From Candidatus Dormiibacterota bacterium (GTDB lineage: Bacteria; Chloroflexota; Dormibacteria; Dormibacterales; Dormibacteraceae): a stretch of DNA of 47,204 nt. Each line of letters starts with the position of its first letter. Positions within the stretch are counted from its first letter, which is position 1. The stretch covers positions 1 to 47,204 of the forward strand of contig DASXBE010000017.1 in NCBI GenBank assembly GCA_036491815.1, given 5' to 3'. A program made the translations under genes and the position numbers. The notes beneath the pieces were generated by a model. It made no database searches and was not told the origin of the DNA. It saw only the letters and a program-made list of their open reading frames with translations. Positions 1-8,731 of this stretch are shown in pieces.

Positions 1-340
1 CCCCGCCGGGGAGGTCGGCGCGGAGCGCCGGGAGGGGACCGAGTCAAGCCCGCAGCGAAAGGCCAAAACCACCTCCCCGCCCGCCGGGGAGGTCGGCGCC
101 CCAACGTCGGCCACAGCGAAAGGAGCCTAAATCACCTCCCCGCCCCGCCGGGGAGGTCGGCGCCCCAACATCGGCCACAGCGAGAGGAGCCTAAATCACC
201 TCCCCGCCCCGCCGGGGAGGTCGGCGCGGAGCGCCGGGAGGGGACCAAGTCAAGCCCGCAGCGAAAGGCCAAAACCACCTCCCCGCCCCGCCGGGGAGGT
301 CGGCGCGCAGCGCCGGGAGGGGGCCAGGTCAAGCCCTTAC
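1..340. repeat. Compound tandem hairpin-repeat array (REP/BIME-like), at least 5 core copies, truncated by the window edge
   Basis: The 30-31 nt core CACCTCCCCGCC(C)CGCCGGGGAGGTCGGCGC occurs at (partial) 1-21, 70-99, 133-163, 197-227 and 276-306. Within it, ACCTCCCCG/CGGGGAGGT forms a 9-bp stem with a 5-6 nt loop. The cores are separated by only two spacer families. Family A is 48 nt (GGAGCGCCGGGAGGGGACCrAGTCAAGCCCGCAGCGAAAGGCCAAAAC) at 22-69 and 228-275, with a partial third copy at 307-336. Family B is 33 nt (CCCAACrTCGGCCACAGCGArAGGAGCCTAAAT) at 100-132 and 164-196. The order is A-B-B-A-A'. Confidence 0.9.
262..300 (-). terminator. Candidate intrinsic terminator for the FkbM-family gene (nearest copy of the hairpin repeat)
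   Basis: On the minus strand, the 9-bp GC stem (277-300) is followed directly by GGTTTTGGCCTTTCG (reverse complement of 262-276). It lies 53 nt downstream of the FkbM stop codon at 353-355. The U-tract is interrupted, so this call is tentative. Confidence 0.4.
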
Positions 341-352
341 CGGCGCTGCCGG

Positions 353-1066
353 CTACCTGCGCACGAAGGTAAGATTGGCCTCCTGGCCGTGCGACTGGAT
401 CTCCTCGCCGGCGAGGCGGAATCCCATCGCGGTCATGTATTCGATGATGGATGTCTTGTCAGGAGCACCCTCGTACTGCCGATAGGGAACATTCGTCGCC
501 TCGAGCACGACCTTGGCCACGTCCTTCAGCCGGTCGCCGGCCGATTTGACGACCTCGAGGTCGAGGCCCTGGGCGTCGACCTTCAGGTAGTCGACCGATT
601 GGATTCCGGTCTGGTTCATGAAGGTGTCGAGGCGCATGGTCGGCACGGTCACGGTGCCCACGACCTTGAACTCGGCGTCGCTCTTCCAGGTCTTGACCCC
701 CTCCCTGTCGGGCGAGAGCAGCGAGCTCGATTGCTCGTACGCGTTGAGCTGAAGCTCGGCGCTGCCGTCGCGCTCGGCGACAGCGATGGGCAGCACGACG
801 AAGTTGCGCAGGCGGCCCATGATCTCGTTCGCCGCGCGCAGGTTGGGCTCGAATGCGTAGACCAGCAGCGATGAGTCCGCGGCGGCGAATGGAAACGTCA
901 TCTCACCGTGATGCGCGCCGACGTCGATCCAGATGCGGCGATACTTGCGTGACCGTGCCCACTTCACGAGCGTCTCGCGCAGAGCGCGACGTTGCACCTT
1001 GCGCAGGAAGGTAGCTGCCCTGTCCCAGGTTCCGGATCCATTGGCGGAGTCGGTTCCGCTCACCAT
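353..1066 (-). CDS. FkbM-family SAM-dependent methyltransferase
   Basis: ORF track 353..1081. The motifs RIWIDVGAHHGE, VYAFEPN and VDYLKVDAQGLDLEVV are typical of FkbM/Methyltransf_21. Position 1081 is TTG; the first ATG (1066) is preferred as the start. Confidence 0.85.
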   Translation of the reverse strand: MVSGTDSANGSGTWDRAATFLRKVQRRALRETLVKWARSRKYRRIWIDVGAHHGEMTFPFAAADSSLLVYAFEPNLRAANEIMGRLRNFVVLPIAVAERDGSAELQLNAYEQSSSLLSPDREGVKTWKSDAEFKVVGTVTVPTMRLDTFMNQTGIQSVDYLKVDAQGLDLEVVKSAGDRLKDVAKVVLEATNVPYRQYEGAPDKTSIIEYMTAMGFRLAGEEIQSHGQEANLTFVRR

Positions 1067-1934
1067 CTTCTCAGCCCCCAAGGCATTCGTCGGTCATGTC
1101 GGGATCATCCAACAGAATGCAATTCGGAGCTGGCTGTCCTTGCGTCCCAAGCCGAGGATCATTCTATTCTGCGACGAAGAGGGCACCGCCGAGGTGCTGC
1201 GCGGCCTGGACATCGAGGTCGTCGATGAGGTCGCGACCAACTCTCACGGCACGCCGCTCGTCTCCGACATGTTCAAGCAGGCGGACAGTCGCGCCACGAC
1301 CGATGTGATGGCCTTCGTGAGTGCGGACATCATCCTGCCGCAGCGCACGCTGCAGGCGGCGCGGCTCGCGAGCCGCTGGTCCCCGAGATTCCTCCTCGTC
1401 GCCCAGCGCCACGACGCCGACGTGCGGCGCCTGCTCGAATTCGACGACGGGTGGGAGAAGGGCTGGGGCGCGGAGGCCGTGGCCCGCGGCAAGCTGCACT
1501 CGCCCGGCGCGATCGACCTCTTCATGTATGCGCGCGGCCAGTACGAAAACATGCCGCCTTTCGCGATCGGCAGGACGGCGTATGACAACTGGCTCCTGTG
1601 GAGCACTGTCGCGTCCGGCATCCCGCTGATCGACGCGACCAAGTTCCTGACCCTCATCCATCAGAACCACGACTACGTGAACCCGAAGAACGTCGACGTG
1701 TGGAACGGAGAAGAGGCGCGCGAAAACCGCAGCTGGGTCAAGCACTGGTCGAACTTCTACAGCATCACCCACGCGACCTGGGCGATGACCCCGGATGGGC
1801 AGATCCGGCGCGCCCTCGGCTTGAGGTACCGGATGGCGCGCCCCAGGCAGATGGTCAGCCATACGCTGCGGGCCAGCCGGACGATCAGGACCCGCTTGCG
1901 CAGCTGGCGACTGGATCGCCGCTACCGCGCTTGA
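1041..1934 (+). CDS. Putative glycosyltransferase-like protein (GT-A-like, family unassigned)
   Basis: ORF track 933..1934. From memory, the N-terminal block TIFSAPKAFVGHVGIIQQNAIRSW resembles an uncharacterised family seen in polysaccharide loci. TTG at 1041 places the start 8 codons before that block. The stop overlaps the next gene's start as TTGA. The start codon is uncertain (ATG at 933 is the alternative). Confidence 0.6.
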   Translation: MAESVPLTIFSAPKAFVGHVGIIQQNAIRSWLSLRPKPRIILFCDEEGTAEVLRGLDIEVVDEVATNSHGTPLVSDMFKQADSRATTDVMAFVSADIILPQRTLQAARLASRWSPRFLLVAQRHDADVRRLLEFDDGWEKGWGAEAVARGKLHSPGAIDLFMYARGQYENMPPFAIGRTAYDNWLLWSTVASGIPLIDATKFLTLIHQNHDYVNPKNVDVWNGEEARENRSWVKHWSNFYSITHATWAMTPDGQIRRALGLRYRMARPRQMVSHTLRASRTIRTRLRSWRLDRRYRA

Positions 1935-3196
1935 TCGAATTCCTCACCCGGGCGCGCACGCGCCTTCTCTCCGGGCACGTGCTGCTCGGCCGGGCCGTCG
2001 TGCTTTCCGGCGGACGGGCTCTCGCCTCGTTGCTCTCGGCAGGATGGGTGATCGTGGTCGCGCGTGGCCTGACCCTGGACCAGTTCGGAGAGGTCAGCGT
2101 GGCCCTGGCCCTGGTCATCGTCATGACGGCCCTCAGCGATCTCGGACTGCAGTTCATCCTCGCCCGGGACGTGGTGGACACCGGCTTCATCCGCCGCTCG
2201 TCGCTGGACGCGGTGATCAGGCGCCGCTTCGTCCTGTCGGTCGCGGCGGCGCTTGTGATGGTCGTGCTCTACGTGATCGGCACGCGCGACACCAACCTTG
2301 CCGTGCCGCTGGTATTTAGCCTCAGCATCATCGGGGGCGGCCTGTACAACCCGTCGATCACCGGCTACCGGGCGACCGGAAAGATCGGGCTGGAGGTGAT
2401 CAGCGAGGTCGGCTCGCGGGCGGTCGTTCTCGTCGCGGGCGGCCTGTGGGTGCTCGCCGGCGGCGGCGTGCTCGCGGTCGCCGTCGCGTACTCGGGCGTG
2501 GGGGTCGCGATCGGCGTGATCGACTATCTATTCGTGCGGAGCCGCTCGGCCGCCGACGGCACCGGCCAGTCCCGCGCCAACTTCTCGCTGCGCGCGTCGG
2601 CGCCGTACGCCCTGGCCAACACGGTGGGCGCGGTCTACGCGCGGATCGACAACTACCTCGTCTCGCTCCTGCGCGGCGCGGCGGCGGCCGGGATCTACGG
2701 GGCGAGCTACCGCTTCCAGGACATGAACCTCCTGCTTCCATCAGCCCTCGGGCAGCTCGCCCTCTCGGAGGCTGCGGGGCAGGACCCGCGCACGCGCCTC
2801 TCCACGGGGAAGCGCGTCGCGGCCCAGAGCGTGCTCCTGGCGTCCGGCCCGGCGCTCGTCTTCTCCCTCTTTTCGGTGCCGCTGCTCACCTTCCTCTTCG
2901 GCCAGCGCTACGCCGTGGCCGCCCCGATCGTGATCGTGCTCATGGTCTCCACCGTGCCGGGCGCCGCCGCCATCGCCCTGCAGGGCCTGACAGGCGTCAC
3001 GGACCCTCGCCGGTTCGCCGCGGCCACAGCCGGGTCGCTGGCCATCAACGTGGTCGCCAACCTCGTCCTCATCCCCCCATTTGCGGGCCTGGGCGCCGCG
3101 TGGGCCAACGTGATCTCGCAGACATTCCTGGCTTTCGCGTATTACTGGGCGTTGTGGCGCAGGACAGGCGAGCTGAGCGCGGGCCAGACGGCATGA
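1931..3196 (+). CDS. wzx: Wzx-type oligosaccharide flippase (MOP superfamily polysaccharide biosynthesis protein)
   Basis: This is the C-terminal 421 codons of ORF 1598..3196. The protein is a continuous polytopic membrane protein (…GLTLDQFGEVSVALALVIVM…, …AAAGIYGASYRF…, …GLGAAWANVISQ…). TTG at 1931 overlaps the upstream TGA (TTGA). Upstream of 1931 the ORF is R/P-rich, which is typical of out-of-frame translation. Confidence 0.8.
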   Translation: MIEFLTRARTRLLSGHVLLGRAVVLSGGRALASLLSAGWVIVVARGLTLDQFGEVSVALALVIVMTALSDLGLQFILARDVVDTGFIRRSSLDAVIRRRFVLSVAAALVMVVLYVIGTRDTNLAVPLVFSLSIIGGGLYNPSITGYRATGKIGLEVISEVGSRAVVLVAGGLWVLAGGGVLAVAVAYSGVGVAIGVIDYLFVRSRSAADGTGQSRANFSLRASAPYALANTVGAVYARIDNYLVSLLRGAAAAGIYGASYRFQDMNLLLPSALGQLALSEAAGQDPRTRLSTGKRVAAQSVLLASGPALVFSLFSVPLLTFLFGQRYAVAAPIVIVLMVSTVPGAAAIALQGLTGVTDPRRFAAATAGSLAINVVANLVLIPPFAGLGAAWANVISQTFLAFAYYWALWRRTGELSAGQTA

Positions 3197-4260
3197 GCCG
3201 GCCTGGTGTTACGGCGGGGCTGAGCGTCGTCGCGACGACGCGCAACGACGAGCACGGCGGCCACCTCGGCGCGCGCATGCAGCTCTTCGTCGACGGCCTG
3301 GCGGAGCAGGCGGAGCGATTCCGCTTTCCCCTCGAGCTGATCCTGGTCGAGTGGAATCCTCCCGCCGAGCGGCCACCGCTGCTCGAGGCCCTGCGGTGGG
3401 CCACCACCGACTACTTCCGCCCGCAGGTCATCACGGTCCCGCGGGAGCTCCACCAGAGCTACCCGCACGCCGACGGGCTGCCCCTCTTCCAGATGATCGG
3501 CAAGAACGTCGGGATCCGCCGCTCGACGGCGCCCTACGTCCTCGCCACGAACATCGACATCCTGCTCAGCGACGAGCTCTTCTCCTACCTGCAGACGAGC
3601 CTTCGGCCGAATGCGATGTACCGGGTCGACCGGTGTGACGTGCTCGCCGAGCTTGGCGGGCCCGTGCTGCCCTCGCCCGCCGAGTGCCGGGCGCTCCCCG
3701 TGCTCCGCGAGCACCGGATCGACGGCCTGCGCTACCCGAACGGCCGGCCCCCCATGCCGAAGCGGGCGGCGAGGCTCGACCGCCTGGCAGTGAGGCCCGC
3801 CGCCAGGGAGCTCGCCCGCGTCACCTCCGCCGCCTGGGATCGCCTCGTCCTGCCGAAATTGCACACCAGCGGCTGCGGCGACTTCACCCTCGCCAGCCGA
3901 GAGATCTGGTTCGGCATGCACGGCTACCCGGAATGGGCCGCGTACTCGTGGCACATGGACGGGGTGGCCCTTTTCCAGGCCTACTCGGCCGGCGTGGAGA
4001 TGATCAACCTCGAGCCGCCGCTGGTCGCCTATCACCTCGAGCACGGAGAGGGTTCGGGCTGGACGCCGGAATCCAACCGCCTGTTCGACCGCCTGGACGC
4101 CGCGGGTGTCCCCTACCTGAGCACGCGGGCCTACCGGAGCATGGCCCGCCGGATGGTCCGCGGCCGCCGCTCCTTCCACCCCATCAACGGAGAGGACTGG
4201 GGCCTTGCCGGCCGGGAGCTGGCCACCGCGGAACCGGCAGCGGCGCGCCCCTCAGCCTGA
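3193..4260 (+). CDS. Putative glycosyltransferase, paralog A (TRNDxHGG … ATNIDILLSDE family)
   Basis: ATG at 3193 overlaps the wzx stop (ATGA). By eye, more than half of the aligned residues are identical to the convergent gene 4269..5345: VVATTRNDEHGG, LVEWNPPAERPPL, HADGLPLFQMIGKNVGIRR, APYVLATNIDILLSDEL, GDFTL, HLEHGEGSGWTPE, LDAAGVPY. Conservation between the two copies supports both as coding. Confidence 0.8.
   Translation: MSRPGVTAGLSVVATTRNDEHGGHLGARMQLFVDGLAEQAERFRFPLELILVEWNPPAERPPLLEALRWATTDYFRPQVITVPRELHQSYPHADGLPLFQMIGKNVGIRRSTAPYVLATNIDILLSDELFSYLQTSLRPNAMYRVDRCDVLAELGGPVLPSPAECRALPVLREHRIDGLRYPNGRPPMPKRAARLDRLAVRPAARELARVTSAAWDRLVLPKLHTSGCGDFTLASREIWFGMHGYPEWAAYSWHMDGVALFQAYSAGVEMINLEPPLVAYHLEHGEGSGWTPESNRLFDRLDAAGVPYLSTRAYRSMARRMVRGRRSFHPINGEDWGLAGRELATAEPAAARPSA
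3547..3579. repeat. Left arm of a perfect 33-bp inverted repeat shared by the convergent paralogs
   Basis: ACGAACATCGACATCCTGCTCAGCGACGAGCTC (encodes TNIDILLSDEL). Its exact reverse complement is at 4968-5000. Confidence 0.9.
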
Positions 4261-4268
4261 CCCAGAGC

Positions 4269-5345
4269 TCAACCCGGCGCGGGGCCTGGGTCCCGGCTAC
4301 TCCCGCGCTTCGTTCGCGCCGGTGACTTCGACCCGCCCGGCATCACGACCTGCAGCTCCTGGTTCGCCAGCCCCCACTCGCGGCTGTTGAAGGTGTGGAA
4401 GCCCTTCTCCTTCCGGAGGAGCTCCCGGGCCAGCTTGTCGTAGCCGCTGCCGCTGATGTAGGGCACGCCGGCCGCGTCCAGGCGCCCGAAGAGGCTCTGG
4501 GCGCCTTCGGGCGTCCAGCCGGAGCCCTTGCCGTGCTCCAGGTGCTGGCTGACCATCGGCGGGGCCAGCGTCACCATCTCGACCCCGGCCCGGTACGCCT
4601 GCACCATGACCAGACTGTCCAGGTGGAACGAGTACATCGGCCACTCGGGGTAGCCCCGCATCGCCTCCCACACCTCGCGGCTGGTCAGCGTGAAGTCGCC
4701 ACACGCCCATGTGTAGAGCTTCGGCAGCGGTCCGCCGTGGAGCATGTCCCACACCGCCTTGTTGAGCCGGGTCCGCGCCACGGTGTGCCAGGGCTCGCGC
4801 CTGCCGTCGGGATAGTGCGCGCCGGTCTGCCGGTGCGCGCGGATGTACGGGAGGGCGCGACACTCGGCCGGCGTGGGCAGCGGCTTGCGGTCCAGGTCCG
4901 CCTCGATGTCGTGGCGGTCGACGCGGTACATGGTGTTGGGATCGAGGCCGCCTCGCAGGTACTCGACGAGCTCGTCGCTGAGCAGGATGTCGATGTTCGT
5001 CGCCAGCACGTACGGCGCGCTCGCCCGGCGGATGCCCACGTTCTTGGCGATCATCTGGAAAAGGGGCAGCCCGTCAGCGTGTGGAAAGCTGCGGTGAACC
5101 TCGGGCGGGACGACGACGATCTTGGGGTCGAACCACGCGGAACCAGGCCAGCTCAGGGCCTCGGCGAGCGGCGGCCTGTCCGCGGGAGGATTCCATTCGA
5201 CCAGCACCAGCTCGATCGGCATCTCGAGGCGCTGCGCCTGCTCGGCGAGCCCGTTGATGAAGATCTGCGTGCGGGCGAGCTGGTTGCCGCCGTGATCGTC
5301 GTTGCGCGTGGCGGCGACGACGCTGACCTTAGGGTCTTGGGGCAT
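4269..5345 (-). CDS. Putative glycosyltransferase, paralog B (TRNDxHGG … ATNIDILLSDE family)
   Basis: ORF track 4269..5348. Position 5348 is TTG; ATG at 5345 is preceded by GGGGGTGA and is preferred. It is a paralog of 3193..4260 (see that entry), and the two stop codons are 8 nt apart. Confidence 0.8.
   Translation of the reverse strand: MPQDPKVSVVAATRNDDHGGNQLARTQIFINGLAEQAQRLEMPIELVLVEWNPPADRPPLAEALSWPGSAWFDPKIVVVPPEVHRSFPHADGLPLFQMIAKNVGIRRASAPYVLATNIDILLSDELVEYLRGGLDPNTMYRVDRHDIEADLDRKPLPTPAECRALPYIRAHRQTGAHYPDGRREPWHTVARTRLNKAVWDMLHGGPLPKLYTWACGDFTLTSREVWEAMRGYPEWPMYSFHLDSLVMVQAYRAGVEMVTLAPPMVSQHLEHGKGSGWTPEGAQSLFGRLDAAGVPYISGSGYDKLARELLRKEKGFHTFNSREWGLANQELQVVMPGGSKSPARTKRGSSRDPGPAPG
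4968..5000. repeat. Right arm of the perfect 33-bp inverted repeat
   Basis: GAGCTCGTCGCTGAGCAGGATGTCGATGTTCGT is the reverse complement of 3547-3579. Confidence 0.9.
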
Positions 5346-5392
5346 CAATCACCCCCGCCGTGCCGGCGAGGCCGCATCGGTGCTCCGACAGG

Positions 5393-6238
5393 TCACGCTG
5401 CCGGGGCGGACTTGGGGCGAGCCACGACCATGGTGTGCCAACCGAGCCTTCGCTCCAGCCACGAGAACCACGACGTGGGGAGCCATCGGAAGTACCACAC
5501 CCACTGGTACTCGTACTTGACGTACTTGTCGATGCGATAGGGAAAGATGTGGTCCTTCCAGATCCGGACCACGTCGTAGTCACGCATCGCGTATCGCACG
5601 CCGCGGGCCGAGTAGAAGAAGCTGACGGGGCTCCCAGTCTGCGCCTCCGAGTACTTGCTCACGAGCTCGTCCGAGCGCCAGATCGCGCCCCTGCCGTAGA
5701 CCAGGATGATCCAGAGCACCTTCCAAGACCACTTCGAGTACAGCATCACCCTGAGCTCGGTCTCGGGCTTGCAGTACGCCTGCAGCTGCTGGAAGACGCG
5801 CTCGGGGTGCGGTGTGTGGTGGATCACTCCAAACGAGTAGATGAGGTCGTATTTCTCGACCGGTACGAAATCGCTCAGGTGCTCCGCGTCGCCGAGATAG
5901 AACTCAGCCTTCAGCCCAAAAACTTCGAACCGCCTGCGGGCAAGCTCCATGCTCTCCTCGGACAGGTCGACCAGGGTCACGTCGGCGCCGGCCCGCGCGA
6001 AGTTGATCGAGTCTGTGCCGATGCCGCAGCCGATCTCCAGCACCTTCTTGCCACGCCACCGCTCGAATTCCGCGAACTTGGGGATATGCGGCTCGACGAA
6101 GTACTTGCGCGCCTCGACCTCGTCGAAGTATTCGCGCGTGCCGACGGGGTTCGTCGAGTGGCGGATGTTGCACGGCCGGCGGTTCCAGTAGGCGCGGACC
6201 TGCTCGATTACGGACGAGCTGTCAGCAGCCGCCGCCAT
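5393..6238 (-). CDS. Class I SAM-dependent methyltransferase
   Basis: ORF track 5393..6343. Motif I is VLEIGCGIGTDS, followed by DVTLVDLS and DLIYSFGVIHH. ATG at 6238 lies 5 nt after the upstream stop codon; the longer N-terminal extension would overlap the dehydrogenase gene. Confidence 0.85.
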   Translation of the reverse strand: MAAAADSSSVIEQVRAYWNRRPCNIRHSTNPVGTREYFDEVEARKYFVEPHIPKFAEFERWRGKKVLEIGCGIGTDSINFARAGADVTLVDLSEESMELARRRFEVFGLKAEFYLGDAEHLSDFVPVEKYDLIYSFGVIHHTPHPERVFQQLQAYCKPETELRVMLYSKWSWKVLWIILVYGRGAIWRSDELVSKYSEAQTGSPVSFFYSARGVRYAMRDYDVVRIWKDHIFPYRIDKYVKYEYQWVWYFRWLPTSWFSWLERRLGWHTMVVARPKSAPAA

Positions 6239-6243
6239 GCCGC

Positions 6244-7620
6244 TCAGGCCCGCGTCCGGGCCGGGTCGCTCCACATGCCGGCCAGCGCTCCGGACAGGCG
6301 CTGGTTGTCCTCTCCCAGCCCAAGCCCGATGTAATTGGGCCACGCGCCGGCCTGCTTGCGGAGAAGCCGCCAGGCATCGATGATCGTCGTCGACTTCGGG
6401 ATCGAGGCCACATCCAGCGCCGCGTACTCCTTGTCAGGGTTCGTGATGACGACCACGTCGCTGCCCTGGATCGCCTCTTCAGGCGTCGCCGCGTACCTGA
6501 TTTTGTCGCCCAGCACGCGGCGGACGGATTCGGCCGCCATCGCGTCGTGCACGACGACCTTCACGCCCGACTCGGCCAGGCGCTTCGCCAGCAGGAAGCC
6601 GGGTGCCTCGTCGATCACGTTGCTGTCCGGCTTGTAGGAGAGGCCGAGGATGGCGACGGTGCCGCCCTGTGGCACGAGCTCCTTCACGCGGTCGGCCAGC
6701 CTCACGTTGCTCGCCGAGTTGTAGGCGTGCACCGCCTCGGAGAGGGCTCCCGACTGGCCCAGCTGGCCGGCGAGGTACGCGAGCGCCTGGTTGTCGCGCG
6801 GGAAGCACGGGCCGCCGTAGGCGACCGCACCCTTCAGGTACCGGCTGCCGATCCGGGTGTCGAGCCCCAGCGCGCCCGTGACGATGTCCACGTCGCCGCC
6901 GGGCAGCTGCTCGCTGATGCTGGCGACCATGTTCGCGAAGGAGATTCTCATCGTGACGTAGGCATTGACCGAGATCTTCGTGAGCTCCGAGTTCACGAGG
7001 TTCATGCGGGCGATCTTCGGAGTGTTGTCGCAAACGTCGAGATAGAGCTCGGCCAGCTGCTTGCCGGCCCGCTCGTCCTGCTCGCCGATCAGGAGGAACT
7101 CGGGGTTCAGGAAGTCCTTGATCACCTGCCCGAGGGCGATGAACTCGGGGCTGTAGCACACGCCGAAGTCCTTGCCGCTCTGCTTGCCCGATTCGCGCTC
7201 GAGCACGGGAACCATCCCGAACTCCGTCGAACCGGGGAGGACCGTGCTGGTGAGCACCACGAGGTGGTAGCCCTGCTTGGCCTTCAACCCGCGCCCGATC
7301 TCCCGGGCCGCCTCGATCACGTAGTCGATCGAGAAGCCGCCCTCGGCGGTGCTGGGGGTGGGCACGACGATTAGCGTCACGTCGGACGCCACAACGGCTT
7401 CGGCCACGTCCTGCGTCGCCCGCAGCCGGGCTCCCGCGCCTGCCACCATCTCCGCGAGCTGCGGCTCGAGCACCGGCGCCCGGTGCTGGTTCACCATCTC
7501 CACCGTCTTGGCCGACACATCCGCGCCGATCACCTCGAACCCCTTGTGGGCGAAGCAGGCGGCGATGCAGGCCCCGAGCTTGCCGAGGCCGATCACCGAG
7601 ACCCTCGGCCTGGCCGCCAT
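6244..7620 (-). CDS. Nucleotide-sugar 6-dehydrogenase (UDP-glucose/GDP-mannose dehydrogenase family)
   Basis: N-terminal Rossmann motif VSVIGLGKLGACIAACFA, then VVPTPS, YSPEFI and the catalytic region GGPCFPRD. The three-domain length (458 aa) also fits the family. Confidence 0.9.
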   Translation of the reverse strand: MAARPRVSVIGLGKLGACIAACFAHKGFEVIGADVSAKTVEMVNQHRAPVLEPQLAEMVAGAGARLRATQDVAEAVVASDVTLIVVPTPSTAEGGFSIDYVIEAAREIGRGLKAKQGYHLVVLTSTVLPGSTEFGMVPVLERESGKQSGKDFGVCYSPEFIALGQVIKDFLNPEFLLIGEQDERAGKQLAELYLDVCDNTPKIARMNLVNSELTKISVNAYVTMRISFANMVASISEQLPGGDVDIVTGALGLDTRIGSRYLKGAVAYGGPCFPRDNQALAYLAGQLGQSGALSEAVHAYNSASNVRLADRVKELVPQGGTVAILGLSYKPDSNVIDEAPGFLLAKRLAESGVKVVVHDAMAAESVRRVLGDKIRYAATPEEAIQGSDVVVITNPDKEYAALDVASIPKSTTIIDAWRLLRKQAGAWPNYIGLGLGEDNQRLSGALAGMWSDPARTRA

Positions 7621-8729
7621 CAGCGGCTCCCCCGGCGGCCCGTCGCCGCGGTCGGCTCAGGCTCCGAGCTGCTCTCGCCGCGCTCGGTGAGCATGCGGCC
7701 GAAGTAGCCGCGCACCTTGTCCGGGTCCTTGGTCGCGAAATACCAGTCGATCGTCTTGTGCAGCCCCTCGAAGAAGGTCAGGCTCGGGCTCCAGCCCATC
7801 AGGTCCTTCGCGAGCTGGTTGCTGGCGACCCTGTTCAGGGGCCCGGTGGGCATGTGGGTGAGGAACTTGATGTCCGCCTTCTTGCCGGTGTAGCGAAGCA
7901 CCTCGTGGACCGCGTCGATGACGCGGGTGCGCTCCATCGTCCCGAGGTTGATCGCGGTGCCATCGACGATGTCGCTCTCCGCGGCCGCCACCATGCCGTC
8001 GGCGATGTCTCCCACGTAGGTCCAGTTGCGAATCTGGTTTCCATCGCCCCACACCTCGAACGGGTTCTGGTCGATGAAGGCTCGGGCGATCATCGCGATC
8101 ACGGCGTGATTCTCCACCCCGCGCTCGCCGTAGACCGTGAAGAAGCGGCACGACACCGACTTCAGGCCGACCTGCTTGTGGTACGCCTTGAGCGACAGCT
8201 CGCACATGAGCTTGGCCCAGCCGTACAGGTGGTCCGAGTCGTAGGGCGGCCCGACCATGTCCTCGGTCAGGTAGAGCTCCTTGGAGAGGTCCTGCTGGAT
8301 GTAGTTGGGATACACACAGCCGGAGGAGGCGAACACGAACTTGTCGACCTTCTGGTCGATCGCCGCCTGGATCAGCAGGCCGTCCATGACGAGGTTCCGG
8401 CCGCACTCGGCGTCGTGCATCTCGACGTATCCCCGACCGCCGTGGATCGCCGCGAGGTGGAAGATGACGTCGATGTCCTCGCAGGCGGCGTTCGCCTCGC
8501 CCGCGGCGAGGAGGTCCGCCCGGCGAACCTCGACCACACCGCTGTCCATGTGCGAGCGGAGGTTCTCGAGCGTGCCGCTCGTCAGGTCGTCGACAACGCG
8601 GATCTTCTTCGCGCCGCGCTCGACAAGCTTGTCGATCACGTGCGAGCCGATGAACGACGCGCCGCCGGTCACCAGCACGCTGCGATTGCTCCAGTCGCGG
8701 CTGTGTTTGTTCGTGTGCTTGGATTCCAA
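7620..8729 (-). CDS. NAD-dependent sugar-nucleotide epimerase/dehydratase (extended SDR)
   Basis: VLVTGGASFIGSHV (GxxGxxG) and YGWAKLMCE (YxxxK). TTG at 8729 is preceded by GGGGAGAG and lies 2 nt after the NUDIX stop codon. The stop overlaps the dehydrogenase ATG by 1 nt. The upstream part of ORF 7620..8990 is R/G-rich and looks like non-coding read-through. Confidence 0.85.
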   Translation of the reverse strand: MESKHTNKHSRDWSNRSVLVTGGASFIGSHVIDKLVERGAKKIRVVDDLTSGTLENLRSHMDSGVVEVRRADLLAAGEANAACEDIDVIFHLAAIHGGRGYVEMHDAECGRNLVMDGLLIQAAIDQKVDKFVFASSGCVYPNYIQQDLSKELYLTEDMVGPPYDSDHLYGWAKLMCELSLKAYHKQVGLKSVSCRFFTVYGERGVENHAVIAMIARAFIDQNPFEVWGDGNQIRNWTYVGDIADGMVAAAESDIVDGTAINLGTMERTRVIDAVHEVLRYTGKKADIKFLTHMPTGPLNRVASNQLAKDLMGWSPSLTFFEGLHKTIDWYFATKDPDKVRGYFGRMLTERGESSSEPEPTAATGRRGSR

Positions 8730-8731
8730 AT

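Noticed and set aside
1-340. CRISPR array (31-nt palindromic repeat, 33-48 nt spacers)
   Set aside because: The spacers are not unique. There are only two spacer sequences, each present 2-3 times with 1-2 SNPs, and the spacer lengths alternate between 33 and 48 nt. No cas genes or leader are present in the window. It is better described as a mosaic REP/terminator-like repeat. It could only be revisited with the sequence upstream of the window.
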